Assembly: GCA_964016885.1 (NCBI GenBank) | Contig: OZ024752.1 | Coordinates: 30,690,001-30,754,000 of the forward strand | DNA length: 64,000 nt | From: Eledone cirrhosa | Taxonomy: Eukaryota | Reading direction: 5' to 3' | Shown: positions 39,467 to 52,581 of the stretch, piece by piece | Position numbering within the stretch: position 1 is the first letter of the stretch | How the letters are laid out: each line of letters starts with the position of its first letter | The notes under the pieces: model-generated | What the model saw: only the letters and a program-made list of their open reading frames with translations | Database searches by the model: none | Told to the model about the DNA's origin: nothing | Made by a program: the position numbers and the translations under genes

Positions 39467-40750
39467 TTTAATATAGAAATGGCTTCTACAGGACTAGAAC
39501 ATGTTCATTTGAAGGAAATCATCAACGCTTTCCTGGTGATTTCCTTCGAATGAAACAGTTTTAGTCCTGTAGAAGCCATGTCTATATTAAATATTTATAC
39601 TCTGCTATGTATTGAGTACCTTACTGTGGTTACCCCCGATTGAACCCAGGATTCACACAGACACATATATATATCAAGTAAGAAATTAGTTATATTTACT
39701 ATGTTGGGTTTCTAGCTGAAAGTACTCCTTATTCGAGTGAGGGGTACTTTTCCAGCAAGAAATTTCAAGTATTAAATATGAACTATAAGATTTCTCAATC
39801 GGCAGTATAAATATATTCTACTATACTCTATTTCTATATACATATATAACATTTCTCATCTGTCTGTTGTAACACCAATTGTTTTGTTTCAATTATATTT
39901 TATGGAACTCTTTAGTGTTATAAAGTTTAAAAAGTAGCAATTTTTTTGGTTATGATGTTCACAATTGTTAATTTTTTCCCCTTTAGTAATATAACTTAAA
40001 TATATCTTGTCTTTATCAAAAAATTCGTAAATTTTTTTTTTTAAGTACTATAACAAATATATTGCCTTTATTAAAAATATGTTTTATTATTTTAAAATTT
40101 TGAAGCACTGTGATATTGGACCTAATAATTTCTTCTGTAAATACTTCTAATATTTTGACATTTGTCTTGGAATCTTATGTCCAGTTGTAAAAGAGTTATG
40201 TTGTTTAGTGTTTGGTTAGTCTTGACCAAAGCAGACCTATGCTCAAAGATGTTCCAGCCGTAACCATCTTATCTTTTTGTATATAAGACTACTTTGTTCC
40301 AATGTGTCCTTCAATTTTTTTTAGATGGTAGTGTGATTTTGAGGGATATTTGCCTGCTATTTCTAGCATATTGTGTAACTATGTATAGACTCATCTCATC
40401 AACTCATAAAAGAAGTCCATTCCTGGCTGGTTAGTCTCTTTTCATCTTCCCTTGGTGCATATATTATCTTCTGAAGAGCTGTAAAACCTACCTGTATATT
40501 ATGGAAGGTGTATGACATTAAAACTGTAATGTCTACCTGTATATCATGGAAGGTGTATGACAGCTGTAGAACCTACTTGTATATCATGGAAAGTGTATGA
40601 GTAATTCTAAATGTTTATTTAATGAACTCTAGTCAATGTACCACACAACTTTACAATAATCAATCAACCAGGTGTAAATATTAAACTAATAGATGGAAAG
40701 AAAATTTGAAAATATTGATTCTGAAAGTTAGCAGCAACTAATTCAGAAAG

Positions 40751-41025
40751 GACTCTACATCAAACATTTGTGTTTACAGACTCTACATCAAACAATTGAG
40801 TTTACAAGACTCTATATCAAACAATTCTGTTTATAGATTCTGTATCAAACAATTGAGTTTACAGACTTTGTATCAAACAATTGTTTTTACAAACTCTATA
40901 TCAAACAATTGTACTTACAAGACTCTACATTTGAGTTTACAGACTCTTCATCAAACAATTGAGTTTATTGACTCTACATCAAACAACTGTGTTTATTGAG
41001 TCTGTATCAAACAATTGTGTTTACA
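40751..41025. repeat. ~29-bp tandem repeat
   Basis: GACTCTA(C/T)ATCAAACAATTG(A/T)GTTTACA recurs about 9 times. Confidence 0.9.
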
Positions 41026-41990
41026 TATTTTTTAAAGATCTATTTTATTTTATACAATTAGGGCAATAATCTTTTAATCACAGAACAAATGATTTTCTGG
41101 TCCCAAAGTCAGTATTTGTATCAATCTGGGGCTCTGCTGAATAGAAAATATTTAAAGATAGTGATTCCCTAGACCCCAAAGTCAGTGTTAGTATCAATTT
41201 AAGGGTCTTTTGAATAGAAAATATTTAAAGATAGTGATATTAGACAGGGATAGTTTAATAAAAACATTAAAAGGCAATTTGCTACAACAATATATCACTA
41301 TTGCCTTTAATCATGTTTCAGGAAAACAAAATATACACAAAAGTTAATTTTTTTCTTTAGTTAATTAAAATAAGATGGCGGTTAAGAAGTCTAATTGATT
41401 GAAGCAGTTATATTTAACCTCATGGTTTATCTTGATGTAAATTTTAATGAACATTTATTTGAATTTGTAAAGTACATATGAAGTTTAATGAATTAAAATA
41501 AAAGACTATGTATAAACACAAACACACATTGACATAGCAGTCATAAATTTGGACAACACTTTATAAAAAAAACATATTTCTGATGTACGATTATTATATA
41601 AATTTTCCTTTTTTATGGATACAAGCAATGATTGTTAACAGAAATCCTTCTAATATAAAAGAAGAAAAAGAAACAAAAACACAACAAAATACATTGTAGG
41701 AATCTCAAGAACTCCTTTGACAATCAATATAAAACTCTGTTCTGTTATTTTCTGCAAAATATGAAAAAAAATGTTTAAATTGTATTATTATTCTTTTTGG
41801 CACAAAAAAGCCAAATTGTCTTAAAGATTGTACCAAAGACAAAATTGGTATATCACCAAAAATCAAATATGCCTTGTACAAGATAAAGTTATTCTACTCT
41901 CAATTAAACCAGAGTTTCTCTTTTTTTTTTTTTTTTCCAGAAGTTAAATTTATCATTACATTTTGTTTCTGTTTATGTGTGATGCTTTAA

Positions 41991-42198
41991 CCCTTTAGCA
42001 TTTAAACCAGCCGTATCTGGCCAGAATTCTCTCACTTCTTTCTGTTCAAACTGGCCATAACCGGCTGCTTGTACTTATGCTAAGGGAGTGTTCTCAAAAT
42101 AAATAATATCAATATCTCGTAGATTCAATATCATATGAAATATAGTGTTTACTGTGAAAATACAATAGTAAATATAGAGTAATGTAAATGCTAAAGGG
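41991..42198. mobile_element. piggyBac-type MITE, representative copy
   Basis: TTAA at 41987-41990 and 42199-42202; 14-bp TIR CCCTTTAGCATTTA/TAAATGCTAAAGGG. About 15 full or partial copies in the window (e.g. ~21050, 28020, 29545, 31250, 32427, 44028, 44640, 49105, 53620, 53825, 54060, 55115). Confidence 0.9.
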
Positions 42199-43615
42199 TT
42201 AAATAAATATTTTTGAAGAAATTAACAATATTGACATGATGATATCCATCAGCATGATTGTTATTGTAACATCTGCTTTCTCTGCTAGCGTGTGGAGGCC
42301 CATGGCCTAGTGGAAAGGGTGTTAGACTTAATATTGTGGGTTCGATTCCTGGACTGGGTTGTGTTCTTGAGCAAAACACTTCATTTCACATTCCTCCAAT
42401 ATAATCTGCTGAAAATGAGTGCCAGGCGAATTTAACTCTATGATGGACTAGCATCCTGTCCAGCAGTTTTGTACTCTCAGTTGTTTCATGCCATGAAACT
42501 GGGATAAGCATTGGCCTAACAAGTCAAACTTGAGATAGATAGATTAGAAACCTGGGCTTTTAATGCAGAATATCTTTGACAGATTGAAAGAAATGAAACA
42601 AGCATACTCTGCTGGATGTATAATATAAGAGAGAGAAGGCTACACTGCTTTAGATATGGGATGAATATGGAAGATGACAAATTTATAAAGAGGTTGATGG
42701 AACATTTGATAGAAGTAGACCTTGGTAGACATAGGATGAATTTAGTGAAAACATTTCATGGACTTGAACATCATGACAGAAATGATAAAGGACTGTGTTG
42801 ATTGGTGGTTTACAGTGCTAGGCCCTGTCCCTGTCTACTGCAATAAGTAGGACACCCTACTCCTGCTAGGTCTCCCTCCATACTTTCAGTTACATCTTGA
42901 CTATTCAATCTGACATCTCATCCTAACCCTCTTTTCATTTGAATAACTCCACATTCAAATTCCCTGTATCAAACTACTTACAAACTAGAACTATCTTGGA
43001 ATATATCAGACTCTCACTTGCCCACTACAAGACTCACTGTATTTCTTTGTATAATACTGCTTACATAAAAGATAGATACTCTTAATCCTGTATCTATCCA
43101 AGGCCACCCATCTTACACCCATCATTTTCCTCCCTCCATCTACTGTAACCTGAGTAACCAGACATCCTTCCAAGACTATATCTGGCCAGAATTCTCTCAC
43201 CTTTTTCTGTTCAAACCCGCCTTAATCTGCCACTAATACTGATGTTTACGTACTGTTCTCAAAATAACATCAACATTTTCATAGCTTTGATATTATGTGA
43301 GGTAACACCTTTACTTTGAAAATACAATAGTAAACGTAGTGGGTAATGGGTTAACTTCTACCACCCTACACTTATCTAAGATGCTGTGCAGTGGGATCAA
43401 ATCATATCAAACCAGAACAGTGTAGTTAAGCAGCTTTATTCCAATATATGCAGTCTTACAGAATGTTTATGAAACAAATACATGAATTCAAATGAACAAA
43501 ATTCAAATTCACTTTTAAAAATTTTATTCTAAAAAATATTTCATCAAAATATTAATTTTTTTTCAATTTAATTTGCAAGATTGTAGGTTTATTTATTTCC
43601 TTTCATTTTACAGAT

Positions 43616-43666
43616 TTAGCTTTTTACTTTCATTTGAGCAATTTTAAGATGATCAGCCAAGTTTTC
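43616..43666 (-). CDS. Ldh_2 oxidoreductase exon 12 (terminal)
   Basis: TTGCAG| [19 protein letters not shown]. Minus-strand AATAAA at 43440-43435. Confidence 0.8.
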   Translation of the reverse strand, partial: ENLADHLKIAQMKVKS

Positions 43667-46600
43667 CTGCAATGAAAAATAAAGTGTCGATTCTTTAATA
43701 TAAGAAGTAGTCTTCCAGAAACTTCAGAATTTACTAAACCAAATTTTAATTTTCAGCACCAATGAAGAATTTATTTTCATTTACTCAATTTAGAAACATG
43801 AAAGTGAATAATAGAGAATATTTTTAATCAAAAACTATCATTATTATTATTGTTGTCGATGAGGGCAGTGGATTGGTAGAACTGGTAGAGTGTCGAACAA
43901 CATGCTTAGTAGCATAGAGTTACGGCCCTTTACATTCTAAGTTCAAATCTCGTTGAGGTTAGCTTTGCCTTTCATCCTAATGGGGTCGATAAAATAAAAT
44001 ACCAGTAATTCACTGGGGTTTATTTAACCCTTTAGCATTCACATTACTCTATATATACTATTATATTTTCATGGTAAAAGCTTTACCTCGCATAATTATC
44101 TCACATAATATCGAATTGGCAGTATCGACAGAGATTCGGACGCCATGCTTTGATGCATTGGGTTACGGCCCTTGCCATTCTGAGTTCTAATCCCGCCGAG
44201 GTTAACTTTGCCTTTCATCCTTATGGGGGTCGATAAAATAAAGTACCAGTAATGTACTGGGTAATTGCTGGCCTTGTGCCAAATGTAGAAACAATAATAT
44301 CGAATCTATGAGATTTTGAAAGTATTTATTTTGAGGTCAATATCTTAACATCAGTTTGAGCGACCAGTTACAGCCAGTTTCAACAGAAAAAGGTAGAGAA
44401 TTCTGGCCGGTTTGAACATTAAAAGGTTAATCGACTTTACCTTTTCCCCAAAATTGCTGGCCTTGTGCCTAAATCAGAAACCATTGTTGTTGTTGATAAC
44501 CAACTAACTGTATATCTAGAATCAGTTCCATTGTAACTTTTTAACATTTCAAACAGGAATGTTCTAATATTTATTAAACCTAGACCTAGCTGACTGTGGA
44601 AATTCCATGATTTCATTAGAAACAAACACCAAGTATTAACCCTTTAACATTTAAACCGGTTATATCCAGCCAGAATTCTCTCACCTCTTTCTGTTCAAAC
44701 AGACTGTAACCAGCTGCTCATACTGATGTTAAGGTATTGTTCTCAAAATAAATAATATCAAAATCTCATAGATTCGATATTATGTTAGATAATTATGCGA
44801 GGTAAAGCCTTTACCATGAAAATATGATACCATACACAGACAACACTCACACCATGTCACACACACCACACACAGACATACACCACATACAAAAATTAAT
44901 CTACAGAATTACATATGCACTCAGTTATAATTTAAATTTAAAGTTTAAAAGAAAAATCTTTTTTTTTTATAAAAAGATGTCCTCCATCACTTACAGCAAA
45001 TGTTATCTGGTTAGGGTGATATGGAATCCCACCTAATTTCTCACATTTTTCTATATGTTGTCTTTCAGGATCTCCAGGAACTAATACAGGGTTACCTTCT
45101 TCAGACTAGAATCAATAAAATAAATAATAAATAAATTTGTGTGAATATTAATTGGTAGAATCAATAGAGCATTAAATAAACTGGCTAGTAATATTTAGTT
45201 GGAGTTTACTTACACATACACACACACACACACACATATATATGGAGGCACATGGCTTAGTGGTTAGAGCATTGCAATCGAAAGGTTGTGAGTTCAATTC
45301 TCACACCGGGTGATGTGTTGTTTCCTTGAGCAAGACACTTTATTTCACATTGCTCCAGTTTACTCAGCTGTAGAAATGAGATGATAGGACTGGGGTCCAT
45401 ATCATTCCACTGCAAAGTGGTCGTGGAGGTGCCACGGCAAAAAAAGCACCCAGCACTCACTGTAAATAAGGTTAGTGTTAGGAAGGGCATCCAGCATCAG
45501 TTCCCGTATGAGCAAGACAAGGTAAGCCAACAGGACAACCCGTCTAACCCATACTAGCGGGGAAGAACGGACGTAAAACGGTGATGATGATATATGTAAC
45601 AGAGCTTTGTAACTTGCCTGAAACATTGTTGAATAGGAAACCAAACAATGCATTAGGAAGAACATTAAATCACCAAGTTAACAAAAGAATCTTACCTTAA
45701 CAAATTTAACGATCTCAAATATTTTTCAAAACTCATTATCAAGCAAGTCAATATATATATATGTGTGCGGTTATAGTGTAATAGTTTCATTGGTAAGATG
45801 AATTTTATAAATTATAATGAAATTATTGTGTACAGTTCTCAGGTGCACTACAACTCATCAAAAGTGCATGTAGAGTACATAGAATAATGTACAAATGTCA
45901 GGAAAGTGAACAGTATGACTCATGATGTACATTTGTGCGTGTGTATGGAGGGGGGGGGGTATCAGGTGCAGTGTTGGCGAATTTCAGGAAGCATAGAGGT
46001 TTTAAAGGATGCAGCGTCTTTGCAGCTAATAACTGATGCAGGTAGTTTGTTCCATGGAGGTTTTAAAGGATGCAGCGTCTTTGCAGCTAATAACTGATGC
46101 AGGGAGTTTGTTCCATGGAGGTTTTAAAGGATGCAGCATCTTTGCAGCTAATAATTGATGCAGGGAGTTTGTTCCATGGAGGTTTTAAAGGATGCAGCAT
46201 CTTTGCAGCTAATAACTGATGCAGGTAGTTTGTTCCATGGAGGTTTTAAAGGATGCAGCATCTTTGCAGCTAATAACTGATGCAGGGAGTTTGTTCCATG
46301 GAGGTTTTAAAGGATGCAGTGTCTTTGCAGCTAATAACTGATGCAGAGAGTTTGTTCCATGGAGGTTTTAAAGGATGCAGCATCTTTGCAGCTAATAATT
46401 GATGCAGGGAGTTTGTTCCATGGAGGTTTTAAAGGATGCAGCGTCTTTGCAGCTAATAGCTGATGCAGAGAGTTTGTTCCATGCTTCAGCAACTCTGAAC
46501 TTGAAAAAATGTTTCCGAAAGTTTTCTGATTTTGTAGGCATGCCCACATGTGTTATGATATATATCATCATCATAGATAGATATATAGAGAGATGTCTTC

Positions 46601-46732
46601 TACAGGACTAGAACTGTTTCATTCATATGAAATCATTATATGAATGAAATAGTCTTATATAATAAAGATGCCTATATTCTATCAATGTATTTAGTACCTT
46701 TTTTAACTGTGGTTATCCCTTGACACAACTTG

Positions 46733-46771
<39 letters not shown>

Positions 46772-49700
46772 TAATTCTAGGTTTAATCAATACATATAAA
46801 ATATATATCAATAATGTTTTTCAGTACAAAGCTACTTAAACTTCAGTTCAGAGCATCAATCAATCATATAAGTTTAAACAATAAATAACAGGGTATATCA
46901 ATTGAGAAACAGCATGCACATACATGCACACACACACACACAGTCAAACACATACACACATACACAGATGCACATATACGCATACAGAAAAAGACAGTGC
47001 AGATGATGAGATAAACAATACAGAAATAACAAAGTCTTACAGGATCCATGTTCCTCAGATAACCAAGAAGATCTGACATACGTCCTGTAAATCCAGGGGC
47101 AAAAACTGAAGGGTCTAAAGCAACAAAGCAATGTCCCTAGAATTAAAAAAAGAAATCCTTTAAACTCGTAACAAATATGAATTCAGTTTAAAAAGTTGTT
47201 TTAAAGGTTTACTTTTTATTTCTTTTCTTTCTCTTTAAATCTAGTCCATATGTCCACATGACTAAACTAATGTCCCCTTTAATTAGACAGACTAATGTCC
47301 CCCCTTAATTAGACAGACTAGTGACTCTCTTAATTAGACAGACTAATGTCCTCCTTAATTAGACAAACTGATATCCCCCTTAATTAGACAAACTAATGTC
47401 CTCCTTAATTAGACAGACTAATGTCCCCCTTAATTAGACAGACTAATGTCCCCCTTAATTAGAAGGACTAATGTCCCCCCTTAATTAGAAAAACTAATGT
47501 CCCCCTTAACTCGACAGATTAATGTCCCCCCTTAATTAGACAGACTAATGTCCCCCTTAATTAGACAGATTAATGTCCCTCTTAATTAGACAGACTAGTG
47601 TCTCTCTTAATTAGACAGACTAATGTCCCCCTTAATTAGACAGACTAATGTCCCCCTTAATTAGACAGACTAATGTCCTCCTTAATTAGACAAACTGATA
47701 TCCCCCTTAATTAGACAAACTAATGTCCTCCTTAATTAGACAAACTAATGTCCTCCTTAATTAGACAGACTAATGTCCCCCTTAATTAGACAGATTAATG
47801 TCCCCCTTAATTAGACATATTAATGTCCCTCTTAATTAGACAGACTAATGTCCCCCCTTAATTAGACAGACTAATGTTGCCGCTTAATTAGACAGATTAA
47901 TGTCCCCCCTTAATTAGACAGACTAATGTCCCCCCTTAATTAGACAGACTAATGTTGCCCCTTAATTAGACAGACTAATGTCTCCATCATTAGACAGATT
48001 AATGTCCCCCTTAATTAGAAGGACTAATGTCCCCCCCTTAATTAGACAGACTAATGTCCCCCCTTAATTAGAAAAACTAATGTCCCCCTTAATTTGACAG
48101 ATTAATGTCCCCCCTTAATTAGACAGATTAATGTTCCCCCTTAATTAGGCAGACTAATGTCCCCCAACTAGACTCAGTTCTCATACTAGGCAACACTTTT
48201 CCTACAGAAATTGATGTTAAATATTCAGGCTCAAAAGGTGAAGTTGATTATAAAAAGATTTGATGAAATTTATAAGAATCCTAGTGGTAAATTCTACAGA
48301 GGATCTATCACAACCAGGGTCATATTTAGATCGTGGAACGCCGAGGGCAGTTCAGGTTTGGTGGGCCCGTTATATAACAACATTTGATAAGAATTACAGT
48401 GGTAAATGCTATAGGAGATCTATCACAGCCCTCAATTACATTATTTATTTAAAACTGTATTGTGTATATGTAATAGATCTCTTGGACTTTTACAAAGTGC
48501 TGAGAAAATAAAGTTAATATAAAGAATGATATGCTCATGAGTGGAAATGCTATAAAATAGAGTGAAGACCCTGTAAAGACTTCAAAAGGAATTGCCATCA
48601 GCCGTTATGAGAAATTGAACCTCATATCTTCCAGACACTGGTGCTAGGTGCTTTGAGAGATATCTGTTTCAACTCTTCATAGCAACTGCTGACAACTCCT
48701 TTTTCGGTCTTTAAAGGATCTTCACCCTATTTTATAAGCTATCTTTATAGCATCTCTATGCATGAGCACACCATTCTTTATATTTAAAACTATATCTGTA
48801 TGCTTATGATGAGCAAAGATATAGAGTAGTTAGTATAAATATCACATATTTAGAAAAAAAAAAATCTTTACATACCAAATTTGCAGGTGATGTTGTATTT
48901 TTCCAGGATCGAATGTTAGGCCCATAATTTGCTCCAGATAAAACTCCACAGAATATTTCTGTCATTAATGCCAACCCATAACCTTTGTAACCACCTGAAT
49001 GAGTAGGAAAATAAAATGTAAATGTAAACTATACAATAAAATAAATATTTTTTTACCTGAGAAGTAATGGAGATATCAGATAGATTGCTCTCTGATTTTA
49101 TATATTTAAACCGGCCATATCCGACCAGAATTCTCTCAACTCTTTCAGTTCAAACTGGCTGTGACTGACCACTCATACTGATGTTAAGGTATTGTTCTCA
49201 AAATAAATAATATTAAACTCACATAGATTCGATATTATGTGAGATAAAAATACAATAGTAAATATAGAGTAATGTAAATGATAGTGTAAGAGGGAGGAGA
49301 GAGAATAATAGGGAGAAGAAAGAGAAAAATTGTGGCAAGGAATGATGAAAATATGAATGTAAGTAGAGTATTATGGTAAGAAACTCTCAGGAGAGCTGGA
49401 CAGCAGAAGGTCTTCAGAGAAGAAAAAACCCCACCCTCTCAGGCAAGTGTTTCAGCTTTTAATCTATGTAATACATGCACCTTTGACAAGTTGTAGTGCA
49501 CCTGAGCACTGTACACAATAATTTCATTATTATTATTATTATTATATTAAGTTTATAATTTCTACATATTATTAGAGAACACTTTCATTAGGTTGTTTAG
49601 CATTTTCTTATTTAAATGTGGGCAGTAGAATTCCTCTGTGGGTGCAGAGTTCCTCACCTTTATTCTAAATAATCACTCAAGCTGATCAATGAAAACAGCT

Positions 49701-50263
49701 AAATTCCCCTCAACAAATTCACTGTTTAAAATAAACAGCAGATATTCGATCAGGTAAATTTCAGGAAACCATATGCTGTTCCATTTATTACCCAGTCAAC
49801 ACTTTTAAAATGGTTGAATGGGTAACAAATTGGGGGGGGGGGGGGTGTCTATTCACACAAATCTGCTACAGATGTTTCATCATCATCATCATCACCATTT
49901 AATGTCCATTTTTCCATGCTATCTTGGGTTAAACGAGTTGCCCCATATAGATCTCGAAATATCTAGAGCTTTCAATAAGATATTACAAGCATCATCATTA
50001 CTGTTTCACATCCATTTTTCAGTGCTAGCATGGGTTAGACGAGTTGTCCCATTGTGAGACAAGTCAGATCAGATGACTATGTCTTGTTCATAATAAAACT
50101 AAATATAGTAATACATACCTGTTTCCTCTACACCTCCTAATGGTAACAGTCCACCATTGTTTAAAACATCAGCAGGATTTTTGGTAACCTGATAGAATAG
50201 AAATAAAACAACTGAAAAAATTTCATTCTTTAAAAAGCACAGTTTTTTTCAAAGAAACATATG

Positions 50264-50306
<43 letters not shown>

Positions 50307-52532
50307 GTAAGTCCAGCACTGGCTATAATGAGGCTCCTGAGGATGTGTGGCCCTAAGCTATAGCTTATTTAACTTATAGGTAAGTCCTCCCAGATTAAAG
50401 ACTTACCTCCCTTGAATCAGAAGATGGTTATCGTGTCTGGATGCTTACTACTAACATGAATAAAACTGTGGTGTTCATGGTTCAGTTCATTTGAAAAGTC
50501 ATAGGTTTTTTTTGTTCTTCATAGTTTAGCATATTGAGTTTGTAGAATAACCTATTAATTTGAAACAGCAGCACCGAAACGTTTTCTTTGCCCACTTATT
50601 CCTGAGAGGGTCATGAGGGCAGAGTTCTCAGGCATGCCTTCCAGAGGGCCCTATCAGAAGCAACCATCTCCAACTGACCTGGCTGGATCCCCAAGTGCGA
50701 TCAGCCAAGGTCATAGATGTCTAACCATCTTGCTCTGGGTCTCTTGCCAGTTGGTTTTGCCCTTAAAATCTGTCCAGCAGTTCTTTCCCAAGTCATTCTA
50801 ACCATGTGTTCATAATATCAGAACTGTGATCTCTCAAATCTGTCCAGTGATTCTTTCCTGAGACATTCTAACCACATGTCCGTAGTATCAGAACTGTGAT
50901 CTCTCAAATCTGTCCAGTGATTCTTTCCTGAGACATTCTAACCACATGTCCATAATATCAGAACTGTGATCTCTCAAATCTGTCCAGTGATACTTTCCTG
51001 AGACATTCTAACCACATGTCCGTAGTATCAGAACTGTAATCTCTCAAATCTGTTCAGTGATTCTTTTCTGAGACATTCTAACCACATGTCCATAGTATCA
51101 GAACTGTGATCTCTCAAATCTGTCCAGTGATTCTTTCCTGAGACATTCTAACCACATGTTCATAATATCAGAACTGTGATCTCTCAAATCTGTCCAGTGA
51201 TTCTTTCCTGAGACATTCTAACCACATGTTCATAATATCAGAACTGTAATCTCTCAAATCTGTCCAGTGATTCTTTCCTGAGACATTCTAACCACATGTT
51301 CATAATATCAGAACTGTGATCTCTCAAATCTGTCCAGTGATTCTTTCCTGAGACATTCTAACCACATGTTCATAATATCAGAACTGTGATCTCTCAAATC
51401 TGTCTAGTGATTCTTTCCTGAGACATTCTAACCACATGTTCATAATATCAGAACTGTGATCTCTCAAATCTGTCTAGTGATTCTTTCCTGGGACATTCTA
51501 ACCACATGTCCGTAGTATCAGAACTGTGATCTCTCAAATCTGTCTAGTGATTCTTTCCTGAGACATTCTAACCACATGTTCATAATATCAGAACTGTGAT
51601 CTCTCAAATCTGTCTAGTGATTCTTTCCTGAGACATTCTAACCACATGTTCATAATATCAGAACTGTGATCTCTCAAATCTGTCTAGTGATTCTTTCCTG
51701 GGACATTCTAACCACATGTTCATAATATCAGAACTGTAATCTCTCAAATCTGTCCAGTGATTCTTTCCTGAGACATTCTAACCACATGTTCATAGTATCA
51801 GAACTGTGATCTCTCAAATCTGTCCAGTGATTCTTTCCTGAGACATTCTAACCACATGTTCATAATATCAGAACTGTGATCTCTCAAATCTGTCTAGTGA
51901 TTCTTTCCTGAGGCATTCTAACCACATGTTCATAATATCAGAACTGTGATCTCTCAAATATGTCCAGTGATTCTTTCCTGGGACATTCTAACCACATGTT
52001 CATAGTATCAGAACTGTGATCTCTCAAATCTGTTCAGTGATTCTTTCCTGAGACATTCTAACCACATGTCCGTAGTATCAGAACTGTGATCTCTCAAATC
52101 TGTTCAGTGATTCTTTCTATTCTAACCACATGTTTGACCTACAACAATATGTTCAACTATAAGAAATATAAACCAGCTTACCTTGCCTTCTGAATTAACT
52201 CCCCAACCTTCTGGAATTGAAAGATCTTTCCTTTGATTTATTTCAACCTGGAAAGGAGAAATATAAACACAATCTTATATGAATTATTAAAGCACTGGAA
52301 GTGTTTGGAATTTCAAAATGTGGGAGTCCCAACATAAACTACTCAATTTTCTCAACTATGATTTTTAGGGATCGGCTGTTATTACAGTTATTTTCTGCAT
52401 TTGGGATTCCCACATTTTCAAATTACAAATATATTTATAGTTGCAATTGCTATTTATATATGTGTATATAAATGACAATTAGAGTGTGGGTAAAATTATT
52501 TGTTTAGTGGAGGTAGTAGTCTACTACTTGTG

Positions 52533-52581
<49 letters not shown>

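Noticed and set aside
33900-39553. Many long ORFs (up to 891 aa) rich in Y/I/M/C/H
   Set aside because: Translations of a (TA)n-type satellite that happens to lack stop codons; not genes.
41640-41770. Strong-looking minus-strand acceptors (41752, ~41650) as an alternative last exon of the oxidoreductase
   Set aside because: The resulting peptide is low-complexity and unlike the family C-terminus; exon 43666-43616 fits better. UTR splicing cannot be excluded.
47265-52135. Regular short repeats superficially resembling CRISPR arrays
   Set aside because: Head-to-tail units with no unique spacers, no cas genes, and a eukaryotic intronic context.
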